This document shows positions 1-10,340 of a DNA stretch of 64,000 nt, piece after piece. The translations under genes and the position numbers were made by a program. The notes below the pieces were generated by a model. The model did no database searches. It was not told the DNA's origin and saw only the letters and a list, made by a program, of their open reading frames with translations. The first letter of the stretch is position 1. Every line of letters starts with the position of its first letter. Origin of the DNA: Clostridia bacterium (GTDB lineage: Bacteria; Bacillota; Clostridia; Christensenellales; Borkfalkiaceae); contig JAFVTA010000061.1 of NCBI GenBank assembly GCA_017503525.1, positions 8,040-72,039 on the forward strand, in the 5' to 3' direction.

Positions 1-436
1 ACTCTTCCTCTAATCTGCCGTGCTTTAAGATAAACGCCTTGGCGTTTTCATACCCCCCGTCCAAGTAAATCGCCGCGACGACCGTTTCAAAGAGGCTGGA
101 GACCGTCTTTTTCCCGATATTCGCCCTGCCCCCGAAATACAAGAGGTATTCTTCTAACCCAAGCGCCTTTACCCCCTCTAACAATGCCTCTTCGCAAACG
201 AGGCGTTGGCGCTCTCTCGTGAGTACCCCCTCTTCGGCGTTCTCGTGCCGAGCGTACTGCCACTCCGTCACGACAAGCTGCAATACCGAATCGCCGAGGT
301 ATTCCATGCGTTCGTTGTCCCTGCCCCCGTTTGCGTTGGCGTACGAGGAATGGGTAAACGCCTCTTTTAAAAGCGCTTTGTTTTGAAAGGTATAGCCGAT
401 TTTTTCTTCGAGCTTAGCAAAGGGGAAGTTTCTCAT
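1..436 (-). CDS. rnc: Ribonuclease III, N-terminal part (gene runs off the left edge)
   Basis: Own translation from ATG 436..434: MRNFPFAKLEEKIGYTFQNKALLKEAFTHSSYANANGGRDNERMEYLGDSVLQLVVTEW... It carries the RNase III signature ERxEyLGDxvL. ATGA overlap with the plsX stop. Confidence 0.85.
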   Translation of the reverse strand, partial: MRNFPFAKLEEKIGYTFQNKALLKEAFTHSSYANANGGRDNERMEYLGDSVLQLVVTEWQYARHENAEEGVLTRERQRLVCEEALLEGVKALGLEEYLLYFGGRANIGKKTVSSLFETVVAAIYLDGGYENAKAFILKHGRLEEE

Positions 437-1476
437 TCCGCGATTTCCTGCGATTGCGCTTGAATCGCGTGCAAATCCACGCTGTCAATCATTTCCTTGA
501 TTTTCTCGGTCATGTTGCCGCGCGCTGCGCTTGCCGCCTGCGAAATGGATACCGCAAAACTGCGCGCCTTGGAGTTGCCGTGGCCTTTTACGACCGCTTT
601 GGTAAGCCCCAAGAACATAGCGCCGCCTACGCCCTCGTAGTCCAAGCCCTTTTTGATATTCTTCAAAATCTTACCCGACAGCAAAGCGCAAAGCATGGTG
701 AAAGGATTACGCTTAAATTCCCGTTTCATGATGGTAGACACCGCTTTACCGCAGCCCTCTACCGATTTCATAGCGATATTACCCGTAAACCCGTCCGCTA
801 CCATAACGTCCACGTCCCCGAACATGATATCTCTGCCTTCGCGGTTGCCCGCGTAGTTGATACAGTCGATTTTTTGTAAAAGCGCGTTGCTTTCCTGCTG
901 TAAAATCAAGCCCTTATGGTCTTCCGTGCCATTGTTCAAAAGCCCGATAGAGGGCTTTTCAATACCGTAAACGGTTTGCGCGTACGCGGACGCCATGAGC
1001 GCGAAATGCACGAGGTTAATGGGTTTGCATTCCAGGTTCGCTCCGCAGTCGCAAAGGAAAGTACCGCCCCCTCTGTGGTTGGGGATAATCGGACAAAGCG
1101 CAGGACGGGAAACCCCTTTCAATCTGCCCAAAATCAACACGCCTGCAGTCAACACCGCACCCGTCGAACCAGAGGACACCAGCCCGTCCGCTTTCCCCTC
1201 TTTCAAGAGGCGGAACGCCACTACCGTGGAGGAGTCCTTTTTGGTCTTTACCGCTTTGGTAGGCACTTCTTCCATGCCGATTACCTCGGTGGTATGTACG
1301 ATTTCCAAACGGGATGGATCGTACTTGCAAGCCGAAAGCTCCGCTTTGATTTGCGCCTTGTCGCCGCAAAGGATAAGGTACAAATCTTTATCTTTTTTCA
1401 GCGCCTCTACCGCGCCGAGCACTTGCTGTTTGGGGGCGAAATCGCCGCCCATCGCATCGATTACGATTTTGGTCAT
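433..1476 (-). CDS. plsX: Phosphate acyltransferase PlsX
   Basis: 347-aa ORF with MTKIVIDAMGGDFAP N-terminus and full-length PlsX-like sequence; sits directly upstream of rnc. Confidence 0.93.
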   Translation of the reverse strand: MTKIVIDAMGGDFAPKQQVLGAVEALKKDKDLYLILCGDKAQIKAELSACKYDPSRLEIVHTTEVIGMEEVPTKAVKTKKDSSTVVAFRLLKEGKADGLVSSGSTGAVLTAGVLILGRLKGVSRPALCPIIPNHRGGGTFLCDCGANLECKPINLVHFALMASAYAQTVYGIEKPSIGLLNNGTEDHKGLILQQESNALLQKIDCINYAGNREGRDIMFGDVDVMVADGFTGNIAMKSVEGCGKAVSTIMKREFKRNPFTMLCALLSGKILKNIKKGLDYEGVGGAMFLGLTKAVVKGHGNSKARSFAVSISQAASAARGNMTEKIKEMIDSVDLHAIQAQSQEIAE

Positions 1477-1497
1477 GGTTTTCTCCTAATTTTAGTA

Positions 1498-1635
1498 GAT
1501 ACAGTACGTAGCTTAAAGTGGGTAGTTGCGAGCAGTTCAAGGAGTGGGAGTACCCGTGCAGGGAGTGTACATAGACGTACACGACCAAACGGGCACGGAC
1601 CACGACGATGAAATGCGACGCATATACACGCTTTA
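1498..1635 (-). repeat. Family-1 structured intergenic repeat, copy 1 (138 nt)
   Basis: Aligns over 138 nt with 62496..62633. Its last 3 nt are the asnS stop codon. A helix with compensatory changes favours a minus-strand RNA. Confidence 0.6.
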
Positions 1636-3027
1636 ATATTCTAAATCGCCGAAGGTACGGGGATAAGGCACCACGTCGCGGATATTCGCAATACCCGTGA
1701 GGTACATAACCATACGCTCAAAACCCAAGCCGAACCCGCTGTGGGTCGTACCGCCGTAGCGGCGCAAATCCAAGTACCAAGAATAATCTTCGGGATTCAT
1801 GCCAAGCTCCTTGATACGGTTTACGAGCTTATCGTAATCGTCCTCTCTTTGCGAACCGCCGACAAGCTCCCCGATACCGGGCACGAGCAAGTCCGCCGCC
1901 GCAACCGTCTTCCCATCGGGATTTTGTTTCATATAGAACGCCTTGATTTCCTTGGGATAATCGGTGAGGAATACGGGTTTTTTGTAAACCTGTTCAGTCA
2001 AGAAACGCTCGTGTTCGCTCTGCAAATCCTTCCCCCAGAAAATATTTTTATCGTCGAATTTATCGGCGTTTTCTTTCAAGATTTCAATCGCGTCCGTATA
2101 GCTTAAACGAACGAATGCGTTTTCGGAAACGTTTTTCAGTCTTTCCAAAAGCCCCTTGTCTACAAACTGGTTCAAGAAAGCAAGCTCGTCCTTGCAGGTT
2201 TCGGATACGTAGTCGATAACGTATTTTACCATTGCCTCCGCAACGTCCATATCCCCTGCCAAATCGCAGAACGCCATTTCAGGCTCGATCATCCAAAATT
2301 CCGCCGCGTGTCTTGCGGTGTTGGAGTGCTCCGCGCGGAAGGTAGGCCCGAAGGTGTACACGTTGCCGAACGCCATAGCGTACGTTTCCGCGTTCAACTG
2401 CCCGGAAACGGTGAGCGCCGCGCGCTTGCCGAAGAAATCCGCTTTATAATCCACGGGCTTGCCGCTTTTTGCCACCTCGTCCAAATCCAAGGTCGTCACT
2501 TGGAACATTGCGCCTGCGCCTTCGCAATCGCTCCCCGTCAAAATGGGGGTATGCACGTAAACGAACCCTCTATCGTTGAAGAACTTATGAATCGCAATCG
2601 CCGCCTCGCTGCGGATACGGAACGCCGCGCCAAAGAGGTTGGTACGGGGACGAAGATAAGCGATTTCACGCAAAAATTCTACCGAGTGGCGTTTCTTTTG
2701 CAAGGGATAATCGGGGGTAGACTTACCTTCTACCTCAATGTTCGCCGCTTTAATTTCATAGGGCTGTTTGTTTTCGGGGGTGACCACCAAAGTACCCGTG
2801 ATAATCAGCGAACAGCCGACGTTTTCCTTTGCGATTTCGTCGTAATTTTCAAGATTTGCGCGCTCGAACACGATTTGCGTGTTTTTAAAACAGCTGCCGT
2901 CGTTCAACTCGATAAACCCAAACGCCTTGGAATCGCGAATGGTTTTCGCCCAACCGGCAACGGTGACCGTTTGCCCGTCCAGCGCCGCATAGTTTGCGTT
3001 CAGTTCTTTTAAATATCTTCTTTGCAT
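1633..3027 (-). CDS. asnS: Asparagine--tRNA ligase
   Basis: 464-aa ORF with N-terminal OB fold plus class II core ([27 protein letters not shown]), typical of AsnRS. Confidence 0.93.
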   Translation of the reverse strand: MQRRYLKELNANYAALDGQTVTVAGWAKTIRDSKAFGFIELNDGSCFKNTQIVFERANLENYDEIAKENVGCSLIITGTLVVTPENKQPYEIKAANIEVEGKSTPDYPLQKKRHSVEFLREIAYLRPRTNLFGAAFRIRSEAAIAIHKFFNDRGFVYVHTPILTGSDCEGAGAMFQVTTLDLDEVAKSGKPVDYKADFFGKRAALTVSGQLNAETYAMAFGNVYTFGPTFRAEHSNTARHAAEFWMIEPEMAFCDLAGDMDVAEAMVKYVIDYVSETCKDELAFLNQFVDKGLLERLKNVSENAFVRLSYTDAIEILKENADKFDDKNIFWGKDLQSEHERFLTEQVYKKPVFLTDYPKEIKAFYMKQNPDGKTVAAADLLVPGIGELVGGSQREDDYDKLVNRIKELGMNPEDYSWYLDLRRYGGTTHSGFGLGFERMVMYLTGIANIRDVVPYPRTFGDLEY

Positions 3028-3101
3028 TTTGACCTGCCTTTTGTAAACGGGAAAAGTCGATTTCGCCCTTTGGCACTTTTCCCCTATAATATACTATTCT
3101 A

Positions 3102-3953
3102 TTATAGCATTCCTTTATGAAAAAGACAAGCGTTGGACGGCAGTTTATTTGTCGCATTTGCCATTTTTTTGCTGATTATGCCTTGAATCGGGCGATATTC
3201 GTCCGTGCGCAGGCGTTTGCGCGAAAGCAAAGCACCCCCTTGATAGCGTTCCAAATACAGTTCACTCTTCACGCCGTTTTTCGGCGAACGCAGCACCTCG
3301 TCCCTATCCCCCTCTTTCACAATGGGCGCAGGCGGCGGAATTTCTCCTAAAACTTTGCTCACGATTTCATAGCGGCTGCCGTCGTTTTTACCAAAAAAAG
3401 TCACGCGGAGCGCGCCGCCTTGCACCTTTGCCGAAATATACACGGGAAAGGCATGTTTGTTAAAAAGCTGCAAATCGCTGGACGAGGACACCATGGCATC
3501 GCGCGAGGGCTGTACGTAGGACACCCGCAAGGAATGAGGGTGGTATTCCGTCACCTCTAATCCGCTTTTTAAAGCGGCGTTATACAAGGTCGTGCTTACT
3601 TGGCAAACGCCGCCGCCCACCCCTAAAACGTACTCGCCGCCCACGATAATTTTTGCCTGCTGATAGCCAGCCTCCGCTGTGCGCCTGCCCACCCATTGAT
3701 TGAAGGAAAATTCCCCGTAGGCTTGCACCGTCGCCCCGTCGACTAACCCTGCCGCAATCGCGATATTCTCGCACCTGCCCCTATCCTCTTCGCTAAAATA
3801 GGTCGTATACGAGGACATTCTCTCCCAACCGTAGGGATTTTCGGCAGCGACAGGAATATTTTGCCCGTTCTGGCGGAAAATTCCAAAAAAAGCGCATAAA
3901 AAAGCGCCTGCAAACGCAAGCGCCGTTAATTTTTTAGCTATTGTTTTTACCAT
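3102..3953 (-). CDS. VanW domain protein with N-terminal membrane anchor
   Basis: 283-aa ORF with a hydrophobic N-terminus. GGGVCQVSTTLYNAALKSGLEV...HSLRVSYV resembles the VanW family core. Confidence 0.75.
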   Translation of the reverse strand: MVKTIAKKLTALAFAGAFLCAFFGIFRQNGQNIPVAAENPYGWERMSSYTTYFSEEDRGRCENIAIAAGLVDGATVQAYGEFSFNQWVGRRTAEAGYQQAKIIVGGEYVLGVGGGVCQVSTTLYNAALKSGLEVTEYHPHSLRVSYVQPSRDAMVSSSSDLQLFNKHAFPVYISAKVQGGALRVTFFGKNDGSRYEIVSKVLGEIPPPAPIVKEGDRDEVLRSPKNGVKSELYLERYQGGALLSRKRLRTDEYRPIQGIISKKMANATNKLPSNACLFHKGML

Positions 3954-3990
3954 ACTCTACCCCTATGTACGCGTACACGGTAGCCTCATT

Positions 3991-4815
3991 TTAAAAAATC
4001 TTCACTTTTTTGAGTAGGTTTTCGTCCACGCGGTAAACGGGCTGACCCAAGGTATGTTCTCCGTCCTCTCTATGGGTATCCGAACCGCCGCTGACAAACA
4101 AACCCCACTTTTTGGCAAGGCCGCAAAAATACTGCGTTTCCTCGACAGTATGAGAAGAATATACCCCCTCTATACCGTCCACGCCGTAATCGGCAAGCTC
4201 TTTTAAAAACTCTTCCCTGCCGTTGCCGTCCATGTAAATACGGCCGGGGTGCGCCACGCTTGCAACACCCCCAAGCGCATGAATACAGTCGATCGCCTGC
4301 TTGGGCGAAGGTCTGCCGTAATTGCAGTTGGCAGGCTTGCCGATATTGAGATAGGTCATATACACTTCCCCTTCCGTCATGGGCAGGTACAGCGCCGCGG
4401 CGCGCGCAATGTGCATGGTATGAAAGGGCGAAGTCGGGTCTTTGCGCATACTCTCCACGTCCGCCATCGTGACGGGAATACCAAGGGCGTTAAACTTCTT
4501 CACGCTCTCTTCCGCGCGGATTTGCGACGCCTCTTTTCGCTCTTGTAAAAACCGTTCGTACCCGCTCCCCTTTTGGCAGCCGTAGCCAAGGATATGGATT
4601 TTATTCAAGCCCTCGTACGCGGAAATTTCCCAGCCCGAAAGATAGGCAAGCCCGTACTTTTTCGCCGATGCCCGTTTGACTTCCTCGCCCGAAAGGGTAT
4701 CGTGGTCGGTGATCGCAAGCAGGTCAAGCCCCTTCTCTTTCGCCATAGCGCAAAGGTAGTCGGGAGAATATAGCCCGTCCGAATAGGTGCTATGCAGGTG
4801 TAAATCAGCGCGCAT
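3991..4815 (-). CDS. PHP-domain phosphoesterase (TrpH/YciV-like)
   Basis: 274-aa ORF with MRADLHLHSTYSDG and ITDHDT metal-binding motifs of the PHP fold. 1-nt overlap with the recF stop. Confidence 0.8.
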   Translation of the reverse strand: MRADLHLHSTYSDGLYSPDYLCAMAKEKGLDLLAITDHDTLSGEEVKRASAKKYGLAYLSGWEISAYEGLNKIHILGYGCQKGSGYERFLQERKEASQIRAEESVKKFNALGIPVTMADVESMRKDPTSPFHTMHIARAAALYLPMTEGEVYMTYLNIGKPANCNYGRPSPKQAIDCIHALGGVASVAHPGRIYMDGNGREEFLKELADYGVDGIEGVYSSHTVEETQYFCGLAKKWGLFVSGGSDTHREDGEHTLGQPVYRVDENLLKKVKIF

Positions 4816-5900
4816 TATCCCTTAATCCTCCCGTTTTCAATGCGGATTTTATTACATTCCGCACCGTACAAAACGCGCTCGGCATGGGTGCAGGTAAGCA
4901 CCGTTTGCACGTCCGCGATACATTTGAGCAATTTTTTTCTTCTCGGCAAATCCAGCTCGCTCATGACGTCGTCCAAAACGAGAATAGGGTTCTCCCCCGA
5001 AAGGGTTTTGAAAATTTGCACCTCGGAAAGTTTAAGCGCAAGCGCCGCCGTACGCATTTGACCCTGCGAGGCGTAAGATTTTGCATCCGCGCCCCCGATT
5101 AAAACGTCCAAATCGTCCCTATGCGGCCCGACCGTGGTAAACCCAAGGCGTAAATCCTTTTCGTAGTTATTCTCTAAACGGCGGAGTAAATTTTTGGAAA
5201 TTTCCTCTTCCGTCCCCTCGTATTTTCTTTCGGGTTTAATGACGAGTTCCTCTCCCCCGTCCGTTAAAAAGGCGTGGTATTCCTTGGCGCAGGGGGCAAG
5301 TTTCTCCACAAACTCCGCGCGTTTTTTGACGATAACGGCGGCGTATTTGCAAAGCTGTTCGTCCCATACGGGCAGAGTGTCCAGCACCATGGAAATATCC
5401 CGATTTTTCAATAAGGTATTGCGTTGGTCGAGAATTTTATTATACCGCAAAAGAGCAGTATAATAGGCGGGCGAGGTTTGGGAAATGGAAATATTCATAA
5501 ACCGCCTTCTCTCGTCGGGACCGTCTTGGATAAGACGGAGTTCTCCCGGGGAGAAGAAAACGCTGTTGATATGCCCCATGAGGTCGGCATTTTTGGAAAT
5601 TTTACTCCCGTTCACGCGGATTTCCCGTTTGTTTTCGTAAATATCCGCCTCAATCGTCACGTTGCCGTAGCGGTTTTCCGCTTCGGCGATAATTTTCGCG
5701 GACTCCGCGCCCATGCGAATGAGCTGTTTGTCGTGGCGGATACGGAGCGAAGTACCCGTGTAAAGGTAAAAGACGGCTTCGGCGCAGTTGGTTTTGCCCT
5801 GTCCGTTTTTGCCGAACAGAACGTTAAGCCCCTCCGAAAATTCAAACTTTTCGCTCTCGTAATTTCTGAAATTTTGCAGGAATAATTTTTTTATTTTCAT
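4815..5900 (-). CDS. recF: DNA replication/repair protein RecF
   Basis: 361-aa ORF with Walker A GKNGQGKTN, an SMC-like signature region and C-terminal LVLDDVMSELD. Confidence 0.92.
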   Translation of the reverse strand: MKIKKLFLQNFRNYESEKFEFSEGLNVLFGKNGQGKTNCAEAVFYLYTGTSLRIRHDKQLIRMGAESAKIIAEAENRYGNVTIEADIYENKREIRVNGSKISKNADLMGHINSVFFSPGELRLIQDGPDERRRFMNISISQTSPAYYTALLRYNKILDQRNTLLKNRDISMVLDTLPVWDEQLCKYAAVIVKKRAEFVEKLAPCAKEYHAFLTDGGEELVIKPERKYEGTEEEISKNLLRRLENNYEKDLRLGFTTVGPHRDDLDVLIGGADAKSYASQGQMRTAALALKLSEVQIFKTLSGENPILVLDDVMSELDLPRRKKLLKCIADVQTVLTCTHAERVLYGAECNKIRIENGRIKG

Positions 5901-6029
5901 AATCCTTAAAAAACCCGCCGAAATTGCTTTCTTTTCCTCGAAATTTGTATTATAATTATATCAAATAATTTTCAAAAAAACAAGCTTAACGGATAAGCAA
6001 GCGTAAAATTTTTTACGGGGGATTAAAAA

Positions 6030-7364
6030 ATGGCAGAACATTCTCAACTTCAATTTATTTGGAAGCAGATCAGCGAACGGGTGGAAAACCTCATTTCACC
6101 CATTTCCTATAACACCTATATCAAAACCCTCGAACCCGTGGATATCCTCGGGCGTATTCTCGTGCTCAAAGCGGAAACTCCCCTCGGCGCATCCACCATT
6201 ATGAAAAAGCATGCGGACAAGCTCCGCGATGCCATGGCGAAATGCGACCTCGGCGTAAAAGATTTCCGTTTGGTGGTAGAGGGCAGCGAGGAATTCCCCT
6301 TGGAATACGAAGAGGATGCGTCGGATAACTTCCAAGCCTCCCCTATTAACAAGAGCTTTACCTTCGATTCCTTCGTTGCGGGCGCAAACTCCAAGTTCGT
6401 CTACGCGGCGGCAAAGGCGGTTGCGGAAGCCCCCGGCGAAAGCTTTAACCCCCTGTTTATCTACGGGGAATCGGGGCTGGGCAAAACCCACCTTATGCAC
6501 GCGATTGCCAACCACATTTCTCAAAAATATCCCGAAAAGAAGGTGCTGTATACCACCTGTGAAAATTTCTTGAACGAGTTTATCGATTCGATCTCGCAAA
6601 AGAGCAGCGCAAAGTTCCGTTTCCACTACCGCAACGTGGACGTACTCATGATCGACGACGTGCAGTTCCTCAAAAACAAAACGCAGGTGCAGGAAGAATT
6701 TTTCCATACCTTCAACGAGTTGTCGGCGCAAAACAAGCAAATCGTGCTTTCTTCCGACAGACCCCCGAAGGAAATCGCAACCTTGGAAGAGCGTTTGAGA
6801 ATGCGCTTTGAAGGGGGCATGATTGCGGACATTCAACCGCCCGATCCCGAAACCAAGCTCGCTATTTTAAGAAGAAAGGCGATCGATAGAAAATGCCCTA
6901 TCCCCGACGAGGTGTTGGAGTTCTTGGCAAAGGATTCGGGGCACGACGTACGTACTTTGGAAGGGCGTTTGACGAAGGTGATCTTCGCAAGCAAGCTCCA
7001 CGAAGAACCCATTACCCTCGACCTTGCAAGAAAAGCTTTAAGCGAATCGGTGAACGAAACGGAAGAACAAGAGGACGTGACCCCCGAAAAAATCCTTTCG
7101 GCGGTTTGCGGATACTTTAAGCAAAAGAAGGAAGACTTGCTTGGCAAAAACAAAAAAGCCGACCTCGTCAAAGCGCGCCAAATTTGCGCGTACCTGCTTT
7201 GCGATATGTTAACCCTTCCCCTCGTTGCCGTAGGCAATATACTCGGCGGAAGAGATCATACTACCATTATGTACGCTCGCGACAAAATGGAAAAGCTTGC
7301 GTCCTTGAACGACAAGGTTGCAAAGGAAATCGACGATATTAAAAATATTATCCTCAAAAAATAA
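6030..7364 (+). CDS. dnaA: Chromosomal replication initiator DnaA
   Basis: 444-aa ORF with AAA+ Walker [11 protein letters not shown] and a C-terminal DNA-binding domain ([11 protein letters not shown]). Confidence 0.96.
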   Translation: MAEHSQLQFIWKQISERVENLISPISYNTYIKTLEPVDILGRILVLKAETPLGASTIMKKHADKLRDAMAKCDLGVKDFRLVVEGSEEFPLEYEEDASDNFQASPINKSFTFDSFVAGANSKFVYAAAKAVAEAPGESFNPLFIYGESGLGKTHLMHAIANHISQKYPEKKVLYTTCENFLNEFIDSISQKSSAKFRFHYRNVDVLMIDDVQFLKNKTQVQEEFFHTFNELSAQNKQIVLSSDRPPKEIATLEERLRMRFEGGMIADIQPPDPETKLAILRRKAIDRKCPIPDEVLEFLAKDSGHDVRTLEGRLTKVIFASKLHEEPITLDLARKALSESVNETEEQEDVTPEKILSAVCGYFKQKKEDLLGKNKKADLVKARQICAYLLCDMLTLPLVAVGNILGGRDHTTIMYARDKMEKLASLNDKVAKEIDDIKNIILKK

Positions 7365-7401
7365 TCCATTTACGCCCCTTTTCAAGGGGCATAACTTTAT
7401 T

Positions 7402-9282
7402 ATGAACAATACGCAAAAAACTTTTCTTGAATATGCCGCGGATGCGGTCGTCGTAGGCGCAGGGCACGCAGGATGCGAGGCAGCCCTCGCTTTGGCGCGC
7501 ACGGGTATCAAGACGGCGCTTTTGACTTTGAATTTAGACAGTATCGCGTTTTTGCCCTGCAACCCCTCTATCGGCGGCACGGCAAAAGGCCACCTCGTAA
7601 GAGAAATCGACGCGCTTGGCGGTCAAATGGGCTTGGTAGCGGACGACACCGCGCTGCAAATCCGTATGCTCAACGTCGGCAAGGGCGCGGCGGTGCAATC
7701 CCTGCGCGCGCAATCGGATAAAAACGCATACCACCGTGAAATGAAACGGGTGCTTGAAAATACCGAAAATTTGCGCATTATCCAAGCCGAAGCAACGGAA
7801 ATTTTAACCGAAAACGGCAAATGCTGCGGCGTAAAAACGCAGTACGGCGGCATGATCACCTGCAAAGCGGTTATCCTTTGCACGGGGGTATACCTCAACG
7901 GCGAAACGATCACGGGTCACGTGGTACAAAAATCGGGCCCTAACGGCTTTGCGCCTGCAAACGAGCTTACAAACAGCCTTGTCAAGCTCGGTTTTTCCGT
8001 GCGCCGCTTTAAAACGGGTACGCCCGCAAGAGTGGATAGCCGCACGATCGACTATTCCAAGTGCGAAGTCCAAAACGGGGATATAGATATCTATCCTTTC
8101 TCCTTTATGCACGATACGCCCCCCGAAAATAAGCTCCCTTGCTATTTGACTTATACAAATTTAGACACGCATAAAATTATCACGGACAACCTCGACAGAT
8201 CCCCTCTTTACGACGGAACCATTCTGTCCACGGGGCCTCGGTACTGTCCGTCTATCGAAACCAAGGTAGTGCGTTTTAAGGACAAAGAACGCCACCAGAT
8301 CTTTATCGAACCCGAAGGCGCGGACACCTATGAAATGTATATCCAAGGCATGTCCACCTCTATGCCCCACGACGTACAGCGTGCAATGTACGCCTCGGTA
8401 GCGGGCTTGGAACATGCGGATATTATGCGCTACGGGTACGCGATCGAATACGATTGTATCGATACCTTGGACGTCTTACCCACCCTTGAATTTAAAAAGG
8501 TGGAAGGCGTGTACACCGCAGGTCAAATCAACGGCACTTCGGGCTACGAAGAGGCGGCGGCGCAAGGTCTTATGGCGGGCTTGAACGCCTCGCTCAAACT
8601 CCGCGGACTCCCCCCCTTCACGCTGCGCCGTGACGAGGCGTATATCGGCGTGCTTATCGACGATCTCGTCACCAAAGGCACGGACGAGCCTTACCGTATG
8701 ATGACTTCCCGCGCCGAACACCGCATTTGTCTGCGCCAAGACAACGCCGATTTCCGTTTGACGGAAAAGGGAAAAGCGGTCGGCTTGGTCAGCGAAGAAC
8801 GGTATAACCGCTACCTTGCCCGCAAGGCAAAATACGAGGAATTACTTGCTTCATTGCAGACACGGGTACCTCAAAAACAGGCGGCGCCCTTCCTAACGCG
8901 CTACGGCTACGCAGAACCTAGCGGTAGCGTTTCCTATGCGGATATGTTAAAACGCTCTATCTCGTTAAAGGATATTATGGCGGAATACGGCGTGTTTAAC
9001 GAATACTCCAAAGACGTTCTCGAAACGGCGGAAATCACCGTCAAGTACGAGGGCTATTTAAAGCAAGGAAACGAGCTTATTGAAAAGGCAAAACGCTTGG
9101 AAGACAAACTTTTGCCCGAGGGTATCGACTATACCTCGATTAAGGGCTTGCGATTAGAGGCGCAGGAAAAGCTCAATCGAATCCGCCCCTTCAATCTCGG
9201 TCAAGCAGGCAGAATTTCAGGAGTAAACCCTGCGGATATTTCCGTGCTTATGGTTTGGTTGGCTACTCAAGGAGAAAACTAA
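7402..9282 (+). CDS. mnmG: tRNA uridine 5-carboxymethylaminomethyl modification enzyme MnmG
   Basis: ORF 7318..9282 with start moved to ATG 7402 (MNNTQKTF...). FAD motif [12 protein letters not shown]; full-length GidA-like. Confidence 0.95.
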   Translation: MNNTQKTFLEYAADAVVVGAGHAGCEAALALARTGIKTALLTLNLDSIAFLPCNPSIGGTAKGHLVREIDALGGQMGLVADDTALQIRMLNVGKGAAVQSLRAQSDKNAYHREMKRVLENTENLRIIQAEATEILTENGKCCGVKTQYGGMITCKAVILCTGVYLNGETITGHVVQKSGPNGFAPANELTNSLVKLGFSVRRFKTGTPARVDSRTIDYSKCEVQNGDIDIYPFSFMHDTPPENKLPCYLTYTNLDTHKIITDNLDRSPLYDGTILSTGPRYCPSIETKVVRFKDKERHQIFIEPEGADTYEMYIQGMSTSMPHDVQRAMYASVAGLEHADIMRYGYAIEYDCIDTLDVLPTLEFKKVEGVYTAGQINGTSGYEEAAAQGLMAGLNASLKLRGLPPFTLRRDEAYIGVLIDDLVTKGTDEPYRMMTSRAEHRICLRQDNADFRLTEKGKAVGLVSEERYNRYLARKAKYEELLASLQTRVPQKQAAPFLTRYGYAEPSGSVSYADMLKRSISLKDIMAEYGVFNEYSKDVLETAEITVKYEGYLKQGNELIEKAKRLEDKLLPEGIDYTSIKGLRLEAQEKLNRIRPFNLGQAGRISGVNPADISVLMVWLATQGEN

Positions 9283-10340
9283 TGAAGAAAATACTTGCTT
9301 TGGCGTGCGCCGCAACGATTGGCGTAACCTCTTTTACAGCTTGCGATTTCAACCTTTTCAAAAAGAACGAAGGGACGGCGAAGAATATTATTTTGCTTAT
9401 CGGCGACGGTATGGGTGAAAACCATATCCAAAACGCCCTTACGTACTTCGAGCTTACCGAACCCCGTTTTATGGCGGACAGGCAGGGCAGTATCGCAACG
9501 AAATCAAAAAATAATGCCGTCACGGACAGCGCGGCGGCTGGTACGGCACTTGCCACAGGGCAAAAGGTGAACAACGGCGAGATTGCGTACCATAACGGTA
9601 AGAACATCCAAACGATTGCCGAACTTGCCAAAAAAGCAGGCAAAAAAGTAGGTATCGTAACAACGGATACCTTGGATGGCGCTACCCCCTCGGCATTCTC
9701 CGCGCACGCGAAAGATAGAGATGATAGCGACGATATCGTTTCTTGTCAATTAGCCACTGGCTTTGATTTATTCATCGGAGAGATGGACGACGGTTTTTAT
9801 AACAATTATGAAGCCGCATTTGAAAGTAAAGGATATTCCTTTGCGTCTTCCCCTGAAGAAATGGTAAGCTATGCAAGCAGTGACAAGCTGATTGCAACCC
9901 TCCCCAACGTGCGTTCTAATTATCGTGAGGATACGAAGTACGATTATCAATTAAAAGATATCGTTGCCTTTGCTACCGAGTTTTTGGATAATGAAAACGG
10001 TTACTTCCTTATGGTAGAAAGTGCGCATATTGATAAGTACAGCCACAACAACGAGATAGTAAACGCCCTTTGCGAAGTGCGTTCCTTCTTCGATACCATG
10101 GATTACTTATACGATACCGTAAGCGAGGATACGGCAATTATTCTCACCGCCGACCACGAAACGGGGCGTTTGAGCCTTGCCAAGTCCAAAGCCGAAGTGG
10201 ACAACTACCTTTACAACTCCTCGGGACATACGGGCGTAGACGTGCCTATCTTTATGAAAAACGTGCCCTACACGCTTACGGGCACGGTGCAAAATACCGA
10301 AGTGTTTGAAATTTGTAAGAAACTGTTTGGATTAACCTGA
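9282..10340 (+). CDS. Alkaline phosphatase family lipoprotein
   Basis: ORF 9255..10340 with start moved to ATG 9282 ([21 protein letters not shown] lipobox). GDGMG and TDSAAAGTALATG alkaline-phosphatase active-site motifs. Confidence 0.85.
   Translation: MKKILALACAATIGVTSFTACDFNLFKKNEGTAKNIILLIGDGMGENHIQNALTYFELTEPRFMADRQGSIATKSKNNAVTDSAAAGTALATGQKVNNGEIAYHNGKNIQTIAELAKKAGKKVGIVTTDTLDGATPSAFSAHAKDRDDSDDIVSCQLATGFDLFIGEMDDGFYNNYEAAFESKGYSFASSPEEMVSYASSDKLIATLPNVRSNYREDTKYDYQLKDIVAFATEFLDNENGYFLMVESAHIDKYSHNNEIVNALCEVRSFFDTMDYLYDTVSEDTAIILTADHETGRLSLAKSKAEVDNYLYNSSGHTGVDVPIFMKNVPYTLTGTVQNTEVFEICKKLFGLT

Noticed and set aside
5901-6029. Calling the recF-dnaA spacer oriC.
   Set aside because: It has only one weak DnaA-box-like site (6/9 match) and is only 129 bp long. 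It is AT-rich, but that is insufficient without GC-skew or a box cluster.
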